Assembly: GCA_051294905.1 (NCBI GenBank)
Contig: CM119371.1
Span: 14,944,001-15,008,000, forward strand
Origin: Botryllus schlosseri
Lineage: Eukaryota
Direction: 5' to 3'
Length of the DNA: 64,000 nt
The position numbers and the translations under genes were made by a program. Shown piece by piece: positions 26,221 through 38,314 of the stretch (positions are counted from its first letter, which is position 1; each line of letters begins with the position of its first letter). Below the pieces are notes generated by a model. It worked only from the letters and a program-made list of their open reading frames with translations, made no database searches and was not told the origin of the DNA.

Positions 26221-28812
26221 GCTACGTAAAACCATACGATGAAATAGTTTTGTGAATATATAAAATGTCCGAAGCAGAAGCAACGCTATTGCATTTTTTT
26301 GTTTTTATTGTTTATTGAATAACTTATAAATTGCGGCATTACAGTCGACCTATACCAAACACGAACATGACGTTGATCGCAATAATCGTAATCATTTATA
26401 TTCTGATGTGCTCAAGACACATAGTGTGCAATGCGATGTAGTTAACCGGCAAGAAGATGTTGCATTTACCTATTATGGTATTTTAATCAAACAACGACTA
26501 AAGCCAATTGGCCGATGTAACAGTGTGGGATAGGCTGTCTTCGTTAAACGTTATTATTTGTTGTTGTTTTTCTGCTCGATATCACATATAATCTTTTGTG
26601 GAGTCTTTCTTCGGGCGTCTTGACGCCGTAAGAAACAGTCAAACATGGGGGAAGGAACACAAATTAACCTCTGATGCTTCGGCTACAGGCGAGAATCGAA
26701 ATAGGTCCGCCTGCGTAGATTACGTAACGGCTGAAAATTTAGATGCCATAAGTACTACCTGGCGGTTGTAAAATGAAGCACTCCTCCAAGTTTCGATGAC
26801 ATATTGTATTGATTATACCGTTTGCGCCATTTATTGGTAAAACTCGTGTGTTTCAGTTCGTTTGCGCTCCAAATCTGTCGCGAAATTGTTTTTCCGGTTA
26901 TAATATTTGATTTTAGCACAAGTGAATCATTGTGACAACAATGACTCGACAATTTCGGAAATATGACGTAAGCATTTTCTGGCAGAATCACAGTGGTAAA
27001 CTAGTACAATCCATATAAAGTTAGCCAGTGATCAAGCAATAAATAAATGCCTCATTACATAAATTACTATGGTATGACCGCGCAAATACAGGAGATATTT
27101 TTATCACTATCTTGAGGAACATTCAGTCTACCGACCAGCAAAACATGCTATTGGAATGAATCAGCAAATAAGTGTTTATGGCGTTTCAATCATACTGCAG
27201 CGTGTTCACACTTCACAGTATGGCGTATCTGCATTCCAAGAAATAACGAGGCGTAACAAACAATGAGTGTTCTACCATATATCGATATTGAACACAAACT
27301 ATCAACGAAAAAGGAGAAGCTAAATTACGCTCACAAGAAGTGTATACGGTGGTTAAGTCTATTTACGCATCATTCTATATCATTATTAATTAGAACTCTT
27401 ACTATTTCAAACTGTTTCACTGATGGAGCGGTTCGGGTACAGTTTCTGAATCAACAACACTAACAACAGACAGCAAGTCTTCAGCTTTCGCTTCGTACAG
27501 CTTCTCAATCTAATCAATGACTAATGACTGTTTTGTCTGCGTCCATTATCTCTAAGAAAGTCGTCGCATCAGTCACACAGACATCAACTCAGATTCAAAT
27601 GCCAGAAGCATGCGCCGTCGCGCTGCACTGAGCAGGTATCACGTGACGGAGAAGGAAGAAGGCTGTCTGGGCCGCGATTGTTGAGATACCAGACTTGACG
27701 TGTTGTGTGCTACGAATGGTCAATTGGTCATGGCGTATCATGCTTACTGAATCACGTTGTGATGCCGCCACATGCATCACAATTTCACCTTGATGCTCAC
27801 ATTTGTTCTTGTATTTCACCATATTGGGATAGTATACATATTCAGAACACGTATTTCGCCATGATGTGCACTGTGCAGTTGTGCAGGTGCAGGTGCACGC
27901 CTGGGTCCTGCTATATGCCTCTTAGGCCTATAGTTCAGCTTATTAACAATTTCATTAAATCAATACAAAGCAGGATTGCGATATATTTAAGAAAACAGTA
28001 CACCAATAAATGGCTATATAGCCTATATGTCTTACGATTTCGTGCGCGAGATGTGCATGTGCATCCCACGTGGGGATGAATAATGATAATATGCCATTTT
28101 GAACAGAGAGAGAGAGAGAGAGTCATTATTTTGAACAAGCCAGCTGGACTCCATGAAAACGATATCCAAGTAGGGGCATCCTGATGAACTCCCATGTACG
28201 TGGCATCCAGGTGACTGACTACCATGACATCCTCTGGAATATTCATTGGTGACGGGAATAGGAAGATTCTAAAAATTTCTTCCACTGGAAGTCACCTGGA
28301 GTTACATAACTGGACATCCAATTTGTGACAAACTGAGCAAGTCCTCAGTAACTAACCTTGGGAGGTGGGACGAGTTGGAACAATTGTGGACATACCAGTA
28401 AATCCATGGGATATCGGGTGTTTGCTGGGTAGTATATTATGAATACAAAACATTCGATATCACCGAGCAGAGTCATAAAATGTGGGTTTAACGAGATTTT
28501 AACTGGAAACTGAGCAGTCAACACCATAATGACTTGGACTCGGACTCGAGTCACTATATGACTCGGACTCGATACTCTTCTCGCTGACTTGGACTCGGAC
28601 TTGACTCGGTAGTGAATTGAAAATGACTCGACTTGACTCGAGTCAAAACTATAAGAGTGAGGTTGACTTGTGACCCGGAGCCGTGTGTCTTGGTTACAAC
28701 CCTGATTTCTGTGATGTTTAGCAGTTGAAACCTTTCAAACTGCGTGGGCCTTGAGATCGGGCTGTCGCGCCTGAAATTACACAGAAAAAAAAAGGAGGTA
28801 TTTACCTTAGAA

Positions 28813-29132
28813 CAGTGGTTCGCAAACTTTTTAAGATACGCCCCCCCACCTTATGATAGTAAAAGATTTCGCGCCCCTCTTATTGTCATATCACAAAACG
28901 CAACCATGATGCTATAGCAAACCTAACGGATAGTTTGGTGGCATGGAAGGTTACGACTATGGATGAGAGATTTTTTAATATGAAATTCAGACTAAATACA
29001 GAGCAAAAACTTTGAATGCGGTGTAAATCGCGCCGAGCGCGATGAATTTTCCAGTTGAGCTCAGCTTCTCTCCCCCCTTCAGATGCTTTCACGCCCCAAA
29101 GGTTGGTGTGCCCCCCTGTTCGAGATCCACTG
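28813..29132. mobile_element. hAT MITE (cagtgg..ccactg)
   Basis: Flanks ccttagaa/cctttgaa (7/8 match). Confidence 0.7.
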
Positions 29133-31840
29133 CCTTTGAATTATCTTCGTGAAATATACTAAGAAAAAGTTTAATCACGCCCCTGCAATGATTCGGTTTT
29201 TAGTACGCATTTTATCAATATTTTAAATAAGTTTCTTTAGACTCTCGCGGGCCGCACATAACGGTGTGGAGGGCCGCATGCGGCCCGCGGGCCGTAGTTT
29301 GCCCACCCCTGGGATACACACTATATAGCTCCTGATAGATCGCAAAATGAATATTTCGATGGGTACATGGTTTTGTCAATGAATAAGGTGATGTCTTATA
29401 TGCACACACTTTTCCATTAACGAACCAATATCATATTTCAATGTTGAAAACGCAGAATCTGCGTGACCCAATTATAGGCGCTATTTCCGGATGCTGATCC
29501 CAATTTTTGGAGTTCTAGCTGTAGCCTACTATGCTACACACCAAGCGTTTCTGTATTCTATCGCCTCAGTGACTGCATCAACTGTCAATAGCACTCATAC
29601 ACCAATTTCTCCATATGATAGAGAACAAACATTCAAATGCATTATAATTTTATTGTAAATGAATTGTATAATGTCTTAACAATATTCCAATATAATTCTG
29701 GGATTCTTTCCTTTTCAATCTTCGATTCGCCCTCAGGTATCAAGCATTGAAATTGATCTGTGGGTCTGGTTGATTTTCTAGTTTTAGATCTCGGCAAATT
29801 CATTCTCGATAATGATGCATTGTCCATTTCTGACTTTTATGAATCGCCACTACATCTCGTATCGAAATCTGATAACGAAGAGAGTAGACGAAATTTAGCA
29901 GCAAGAATTAAACTGCTGCTACCTAACCTAGTCAACAATAAGATTTTCAGACGTCGTGCACCGAGATGTACCGGTATCTGAAATATACATCAGTGAACCC
30001 ATGACATACCTCGATTAAAAGTATCTGCTTAACCCAGTTTTCAACCAATGAACACTGTACAGCAGGGGTGTCAAACATACGGCCCGCGGGCCGCATCCGG
30101 CCGCCAGACGATTTCATCCGGCCCGTGGAGCAATTCTGAGTAGATTGAAAAATTCTTTTATTATCCAGCACATTTGTAACAAATGATGAGTATTTTTGCA
30201 GCAAATAGTTTCATCAAATACTCCCTCAAGACAGCAAATGTCGTAGGCTACATTGCTACATTATATTCACCGACTACGGCATTGTGGTTACTCTCTCTCT
30301 CTCTCTATTCGAGAAGGCGAAAAAAGTACATACTGAGTTCGAAGTTTTTCGAAAAAAGTGACCAAAAAAGTAGCTATTCACCAAAGCAATCGCGTTTACA
30401 GTTGAATATCTTGTATTTCTCACAACGCATACGCTGGGCTTGTTTTTCTCACAACGCATACGCTGGACTAACGACAGATTACGGCTACATCAAAAGGGGC
30501 ATAAAATATGTCAACATCAACAGTCAACACATATCGTCATTAGCACCAGTTTTATCGGTTCTTAAAGGTCAACTGCATCTTCAAAATGACTTCACCTTAT
30601 TTCGTACATTATGTGGTTAGGAATATGAATAAAATAATGAAAATTGAAATTACCTGATAGTGTTCAAGTAATTTGAATTACAAATCGAAATTCCGGAAAA
30701 CGGAAACGAAATCACCCAGCCGTGAAACGACGTCAAGTAGTTGACACAACAAAAGTCCTTGTTATTTCTGTTGGCTGTTAGGTGGGATTATTGCTTAGAT
30801 TTGCTGTGGATTTGGGTCTTTGAGTGGGATCATGAAAGCTGTGAAGGAGATAATTCATAGTGCAGGGTTGTAACCAAGTCACAGGATTCCGAGTCACGAG
30901 TCAATCTTACTTTTGTGGTTTTGACTCGAGTCAAGTCGAGTCATTTTCAATTCATCACCGACTCGAGTCCGAGTCCAAGTCACCGTTTAAAGGGTCAAGT
31001 CCGAGTCATGGTGTTATGACTCGAGTCGAGTCCAAGTCACAGTATTGAAGTCATGTTCAGCGTATGTTTTCAATCCTGCTTGGGTGATATCGAATTCCTA
31101 GCTTGCCAAGCATGCTCATTTTGTCCCTATCAGAGTTTTGGCACGTGTTTATTTATGCAGTTAACTTACAGGTCCTGGCCTCAATTACCGATGCTACAGA
31201 TAACTTCACTAAGTTAGAACGTAAAATCAAATATCTGTCTTGTCAGTCTGATACATCACCAATTCAAGCATTCAGTTTTTATGATAAGCACATATCGACG
31301 ATAGCTCATAAATTGCTGATAGAGAACCAACGAGTTCACGTCAAGATACCAGCTGATAGAGAATCAACAGATGCATGTTTAATTGTTTATGTAGAGGTAT
31401 TTACACCAAGCCAGCATGCTGTAAAAGCGTGCATGCAGCTATGTGCATTGTGCAGTGACAAAAAACAGATACCTTTTGATATTACTTAAGGCTTTCCCAA
31501 TTGCATTACAGACTACATCGCAGTTACAGCATTGGAGAAATAATTGTACAATTGGGCTGTTCAAAAACCTTTTTTCAAGTTTTCCGGCTACTTCTTAAAA
31601 TTGTTAGATTGCCTAAAAAAATCAAATTTGGCTCAATTCCAACCAGTAGAAAGCAATGCTATGAAATAAAATTTTAGATTAATTACTAATAGAGATTTCC
31701 GAATTTTACCGGCTATCTCATGATATTGTTACCAAACATCATGCAGCATTAGCCATTCATTATTACTCACGTGCACAATGCACATACCTAACAAAACCTC
31801 AAATAGACAGAGGGTATTGTGTATTTTCACAGACAGCAGA

Positions 31841-34449
31841 TCACATCAATGATGAGTTACTTTTTAAAAATACCAAAGTGGAAAGGAGATCCTCAGATAC
31901 ATTAGAGCGGCATGGTCTTAGAATAAATCCACCTCTACTGAATACTAAATACACCTCTACTGAATACACGCTCCACTCGTGCACTAGATGCAGGAATTGA
32001 TAAGCATTTTTGAACCACACTGAAGAGCATAGGATACTCATTCTTTCGAGTCGCCCAAAAATGCTAAGAATCATCGCTTTCAAATCTACACATGAGCTTA
32101 TCAGTCTCTTCCAAGTACTTGACTATCTGAGTGATTGCGTTGGCTCTAATTGAACTTTGCTTCGATTGTTTGCTTGTATAATTGAAAAGTCTTAAATACT
32201 TTGATTGCGGAGGATCTAGTATAGGGTTACCATATTTTTGCGAAGTTAATTCCGGACACTCGTTAGCGCCAACTAGCGGATTTGAAAATGAGGTGACACA
32301 TTGTCTGTCAAAATGACGTCACACTAGCAAAGCATTGCCCATCGACTGTAAACAGCAGTGGTAATGGTGCGCGAAGGTCTTCCAGGTGGTACGCGAGAAG
32401 ATTCTGTTTTTTTCGACTGAAGGGAGTTATTAGTTCAAGGGTTGATTCTGAGTTTTTGAAGCTGCCGTCGTCGTGGTAAGGTCGTCGTTGTTGGTAGTGG
32501 TTATCCCACCAGTGACGGCCTACTGGTAAGAGATCTAGTCGTAAAGCATTGGGATTCGTACCTAACCAAATTCTGTTTTAATATATTTGACCACAAGAAT
32601 TTCAAATGGATCCACTATAGAAATCATATACTGCGCCCTAACATGCACCTCAACACGGTGGAAACATTTTGACCGCCTTCGGCGCGCTTATCTTATGTAG
32701 GCGGTACGCGAGCACTGCATAAAACTTCGAAATGGTACTTGGGAGAAAAAAGGTTGAGAACCACGAACCACTGGTATACGGGAATGCAGTGGAACATATA
32801 GGTCTTGGATTGGGTCATCTGTAATGTGGGCTCTGATGATTTCTATACTTGCTAGGGTCTGCAATAGATTTCTCCATGGTCCGGATGAAATCGTCTGACG
32901 AGCCGTGTCATGGCCTGTCGGGATTGTGTTGGACAGCCCTGCTATACCGTTGGGTCGGTGCGGCTGTCTGGTTATGTGTTTTAATCAGGTCCGAAACAAT
33001 ATTTTTCTGCCCCCTTCCGCCGAATAAAAAAGCACTGATCTTGGGCCCATCATAGGGTAGTCGATGTAACTTTTTGGGCGCTTACAATATGCATCTGGCT
33101 GTCAAATTTTTTGAATGACTTCTGTCAATATTATTGATTCTTCCATATATTAGGCTACTATAAAATGCACCAGCAGGTATAGCACACAGCTGGTGATTTC
33201 CAACTTTTTATGGTCGCGACCGCATTTCTAACTTCAAAATGTTCCGTGGACTAGCTCCAAACTTGATAAGCTGATTACTAAAAAATCAGCTTGCCCAAAC
33301 TATTTATTTTGATTGCAAATTTGGTGAGGGTGGTGCCTGGTGCCCATACTGATATCAATATACGTTGCATTAATTCGCGAGCGGTGCGAAGAAACAATTT
33401 TTAGTAGCATAAATCTGCTTGAAAATAATATTGTTTATGTTGATATACGAAAAAATTTGAAGCCTACTTCAAACCGTCAAAATTCCGGACATTTAGGCAT
33501 ATTTTAGGAATTCCTCCCGGACGCAGATTTTTCAGTGAAATTCCGGACATGTCCGGGAAATTCCGGACGTATGGCAACCCTAATCTAGTACCTCTTCGTC
33601 AGATGATTTTGTACCTTGGCTGGTGATCCTGTATGAATGAGTGTCAGGCTCAGTCATCATCAACTCGATTATTTCAGCCGCAGTGCAATTCCGGATTGTT
33701 CTGAGCAATTTAGATCCATAAGCTAATGGAAAGCAAATTTCGGATCGAACACGCATGATGTGAAGAAGATGGTTTCACCAAACGGTTTGGGATTACCGAT
33801 AGGCCAATCCAAAGACTCATCAGTTGTGATCATGTTCACATTTACAAACACTCCTGCAAAACGCTTTAAAATAGAATTTTTCAATGCTTCCACTGATGCG
33901 CGCAAGTAATTGACAATGATAGTGTGCCTAATTGCATGGTTGTAGAGTGAGAGGGAGAGCAGGGTTGGTAGTTGGTACTACCCTGGTTGGCATTGGGACG
34001 CGACAATGCTGTCTGGCGAAACGAAAGAGTAGCTCAAGAGCAAAAGAGCCAGACAGCATTATTGCGTCCCAATGCCGATCTCCATAACAATGAAAAATTC
34101 GAGGCTGATTGTGGGGGTTCCAGGACCACGAGCGGAATATCATTTAAATTTTCGTAATAAGTGCAGAGTCAGCTTTCGATTGATACCCGTTTTACCAAAT
34201 TTAATGCTCGCCAAGCCGGTCAAAAATTACCTTCAAATTGCCTGTAGCCAAATCGAAATTGTGACGTGAATCAATTTCTGAGGCGTGAGATTTGGTTGTG
34301 TCGACACCATATAGGACACTATGGTACCATTGTCTGTTTTTTTGCGGCGGCATATCTGATATCAGACGAGTGCAACGAAAGCAGTGGTGACAAATAGCGA
34401 TGTCGGCAGAATTCGTCAGATGTGTTGAACTAGCGATTACGATTCGCAA
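31841..34449 (-). pseudogene. Ac-like hAT transposase remnant (C-terminal dimerization domain), split by a family A insertion
   Basis: SILKRFAGVF..SCVFDPKF at 33723-33905 and VFSRGGFILRPCRSNVSEDLLSTLVFLKSN at 31841-32083. Confidence 0.75.
32222..33582. mobile_element. hAT MITE family A, copy 2
   Basis: TSD atctagta at 32214-32221 and 33583-33590; carries an extra cagtgg..ccactg insert at 32356-32773. Confidence 0.9.
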
Positions 34450-34685
34450 ATTTATTCATCTTCAAGTCATATAAAATAAGCCGAGTCATTGACTTGGGTC
34501 GAGTCATGCGTAATGACTCGAGTACAAGTCGAGTCAATCCAAATATTGACTCGAGTCGAGTCGAGTCATTTTCCCATTTCAAGAAAATGACTCGAGTCAA
34601 GTCGAGTCACAAAAAAAAACGTGACTCGAGTCTGACTCGAGTCGAGTCATGACTCGAGTCATTACAACCCTGTCATAGAGTCAGA

Positions 34686-34971
34686 TGTTATGTTGCGTAT
34701 GGTTGGTCCAATACGCAATATGCCGTACCTACAATGCATTGACATCGCTGCCAAAACCCATCCATATACCGACAGGCGACCGGACGCCATTAAGACCAAA
34801 AGTGCGGACTTATAGACAACCAAAGGCAGAGTCATTTTCAAATGCGAATCACTAACAAGTATCTTGCTTCAATGAAGTATCCGAGATACGCAACACGCAA
34901 GAAAACTGACTACTGAACACGGGCAACTCCTGCCAACGTACTGCAGTAGTGCCGTTCATACTTTATTTCCA
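34686..34971 (+). pseudogene. Degenerate THAP domain of the Kolobok transposase ORF
   Basis: CYVAYGWSNT at the start and SAVHTLFP (AVPT-like box) at the end, with stops and frameshifts between. Confidence 0.55.
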
Positions 34972-36188
34972 CGCACCAGTGAAATTGTGGTAATGTCAGA
35001 GGAACGCACTTCTAAAGCTATACAAAGTGTCCGAAATCGGTAAGTGGAAATGTAATGTGTCAGCTATAGTTTTGTAAGAGTGTTACTAACCGCTTATAGT
35101 AGTATTGACTGTGGTATGGTAGTCATCGAAGTATTATTATTGTTTACACTCACGTGCATGTGCAAATAACTGAAATATGTATGCCTTGAAAAACTTGTAA
35201 GTTGAAGTGTACGTAGTCTGAAATAAAAACAATTGAAAATCAATTAAGAAAAAAAGATCTATAAATGCATTAGTTACTATAAAGGGAGTTCATAACCTGC
35301 TGACTTCATGACGTATAATGGTTATATATCGCTGACCTCCTAGTAATGGAAGAGTTGCTATTACTTTTGAAAATACACTTCTTTTTGTGTACGGTACATG
35401 TGCGGTCATGGAATCATATTAGTTACTTTAGTTATTGAATGAGGAGTGTCAGATATCTGTGACTGAACCTATCAATATTGACCGCTCAGTAAAAGATGAA
35501 AACTTATCACTATCATCATAATAGTCGTAAAGTTAGGTAGGATGCAGTAGGATGGCAATCCTTCATTTTTATGATACTTCCGAACAGCATTTGGTATAGG
35601 CCTACTGCCTTCGATTCGACTTTGTTATAAAACTCAGTGATATTTTTACTCCTGCTCTAGATTCCTGCAATGATGAAGTTGACGCATTCATTAAAGCAAG
35701 ACCAGAAACGGCCGTGTCGACCAAGTCTATTGTGATGATTCATCCTCATTCGACTAACGGCATCGTCAAACTTAGTTGAAAGAAGCTATTGCTGGACACA
35801 AAACTCTATATTTCTCTCCCTGACACAGTAGTACTGTTGATGGATTGGTTATGTATGTTGCATTTATTATTTTCAATACAACTATTCCTTCACGAAGCAT
35901 TGTAAAATTGAAATCCTTTGAAAGTACTGGATTTGATCGGATGCGCAGACAGGATTTTTCGTTGGCTTTTGTTGCAGAATCCCAGTGGCCAGCAAACAAA
36001 ATTTCCGTGTACAGTTTTTCTCAGCTTCCTGAAAAGCGTAATTGTTGTGTTACTGACGGGTAATTATTTGGCACCCGACTCAACATTTCATGTGAATGAG
36101 ACTCATTCGCTCATGCATCAAACTGGATGTTATAATTATATGACAATATTCCTGTTGATATCTATAGCGAGACAATCTCCAATACATA

Positions 36189-38314
36189 GGGGAGATGTGG
36201 TACCGATGGATCAAAAATTGGAAAATGATCGCTGGCTCCGAAATGTTCAGCCGAAAACAGCAGATCTTTTGCTGGCTCAACACTTTGATACAAGCTCTAC
36301 CTATCTCGCACATATACATGAATATCCGTCTTTTCAAAAAATATTTATGGACGTTCAAAATTTGTTGCTCGAACGTGTCATCGGTCCCCACCCGGTGGGT
36401 CCAATGGCACACGACCCTGGGACCTATGACACATATACCCTAAAAAACTCAGATGTGACTACTTTTCTTGCTCAGTATTATAATCTAAGCTACAGCAAGC
36501 CAAAGAACAATGTTTGGTCGCAACTGTCAAAAAATAGAATAAATAATAACTCAAATGTTGTCATAAAATCACGTTTCGATTTAGGCTCGGACTTATAAAT
36601 TTGAGGGTACATACATATTGCCCGAAAATCGACAGCGTGACTTCCAAATACCTCGTTATAGCGATAAAACATCATATGCAATTATTACATAAAGATTTTC
36701 TGTGCGTAGGCATGTTTCATTTGTTTCATGATTAGTATGCTTGATTATTTTGCTTGATTTGGCTATTGTATCATCGGTCCCCACCCTACGAATTTTATAC
36801 ATGAATCGGAAAAAGTCCACTTAAGGAAAGTACTGAACAAAATAATAGGTGCTAATATATAGCCTGATACAAGCCCTACACTTCCCAATAAAAATGATTG
36901 CTGGTTTGTTCGTGTTGAAGGTTACAAAGAAAAATGTATATGTCGATCTAAATCAGGGGTCGCCAACTCAAAATAGGTCGCGGGCCACTTTTCCAAATTC
37001 CTGGAGGCCGCGGGCCGCATGACATCAATATCGATATAAAAGTAGGCAACGCAGTTCAACAACCACGTCTGATAACTCTACGTTATTACAACGCTGTGCT
37101 TTCTAACATAGGCGACGGTTATAGTCACCACAAAAGAACTAATATTTTATTGAACAAACACAAATACAACAAAAAGTATCATGATCATCAATGTCATTAT
37201 ATTTTGGACTATGAGCTGTACACGATACCTGACAATGACAACACTCTTTAGCCGCTAAAACAGGGGTGGCCAACATTTTTGTAATTCACGGCCGCATTTC
37301 GCGTACTCATGTAGCCTGCGGCCGCATACCGGTGGTTAGTCGTGATAAACTAGCTGGGGCCAAATACCCACGTTATCATGTCCATGTCCATTGCCGGTAC
37401 ACTCCGAACTAATCTATATGCACATATCGGCTTACTATGCGCACCAAATCGTTAGTAGTTATGTTGTAAAGAGCCACAGAGAACCAATCTGTAGTCGCGC
37501 CAAGCGCGAAAAATTTTTCATGTTCATGAGTGAATTTCGTCAATAAATATTAGTATAGTTTCACATATTACTATAAAATATTTATCCTTTCTCGGCCAAT
37601 GTGATCAGATTCCCAGATACAGCTGATGCAGGGGGTATCTGTGAAAACTTAGGGTTGTTATTACAAGTGTCGACAGCCGCATAATTTTCCTTCTACTGCT
37701 GCAGATTGGCCACCCATGGATTGAAGAATCAATATTGGGGTTAGCTATACACGGTAGGCCTACTTGCTAGACAACTATCTCCTCGTAAAGCATGGTCTTC
37801 TGGAGCGCCCGAAGTCGTTTTGCAGGCGTCTCGGTCTTAGCAGTAGTGGGCCATTGCACGTCAAGGCAATATGCCCATTCATACCAGCAAATTCTTCATC
37901 CATGGAATGATATTACCATGCCGAAGCCGTATCAACTAGTGAGTAATAGTGATAGTGGGCACATAGAATGGCTCACTTTGAAAAACAACAACATTATGTT
38001 TCAACTGAAATCAATTTTAGCGTTTCAACATGATTAACTAAGCGTTTTTCTGAATTTTTTTCAAATCAGGTCGCGGGCCGCAAAATAGGACCGCGTGTTG
38101 GAGACCCCTGATCTAAATTTAGTTTACACCCCCCAAAACAAAAAACATCTGTGAGAGACCCCATAGCTCGTGCATGTCGATTTTTTTTGTATGCGAGGAA
38201 AGCTTTTGCCAGCATGCAATTGTAGACAAGTTCACGGAGTGTAATAATGGAATTATCATAGAGAATTTTCAAAGTATTTTCGGTCCCGGTGATCCATCGG
38301 TACCACATCTCCCC
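36189..38314. mobile_element. TA-targeting (Tc1/pogo-like) non-autonomous element
   Basis: ta|ggggagatgtggtaccgatgga ... tccatcggtaccacatctcccc|ta; internal catcggtccccaccc repeats. Confidence 0.8.
36954..38110. mobile_element. hAT MITE family G, copy 1
   Basis: caggggtcgccaac/gttggagacccctg; TSD atctaaat at 36946-36953 and 38111-38118. Confidence 0.9.

Larger units (their letters stand above)
21618..26997. mobile_element. Foldback (FB-NOF-like, MULE) element
   Basis: ~770-bp outer inverted arms plus inverted arrays of a 194-bp unit around a ~1-kb core; flanking direct repeat aaactagt(a), 8-9 bp, at 21610 and 26998. Confidence 0.85.
13162..28429. mobile_element. Large CCCAG-terminated element, EnSpm/CACTA-like
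   Basis: ta|cccagcaaacactcgat ... atcgggtgtttgctggg|ta with a 2-bp TA flank; subterminal ggaca/gacgt repeats at both ends. Confidence 0.7.
12839..28704. mobile_element. hAT family C (GACTC/GAGTC-rich ends), non-autonomous, with nested inserts
   Basis: TIR cagggttgtaac/gttacaaccctg; TSD atttctgt at 12831-12838 and 28705-28712. Confidence 0.9.
11964..29311. mobile_element. hAT (Charlie-like) MITE inflated to 17.3 kb by nested insertions
   Basis: TIR caggggtgggcaaact/agtttgcccacccctg; TSD ggatacac at 11956-11963 and 29312-29319. Confidence 0.88.
30863..34672 (-). mobile_element. hAT family C copy with transposase remnants
   Basis: cagggttgtaa/ttacaaccctg; flanks tcatagtg/tcatagag (7/8 match); GACTC-rich ends as in 12839-28704. 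Confidence 0.88.

Noticed and set aside
35918..36598. 226-aa ORF as a gene
   Set aside because: It crosses a MITE boundary at 36189, lies antisense to the KolX-like remnant and has no recognisable domain.
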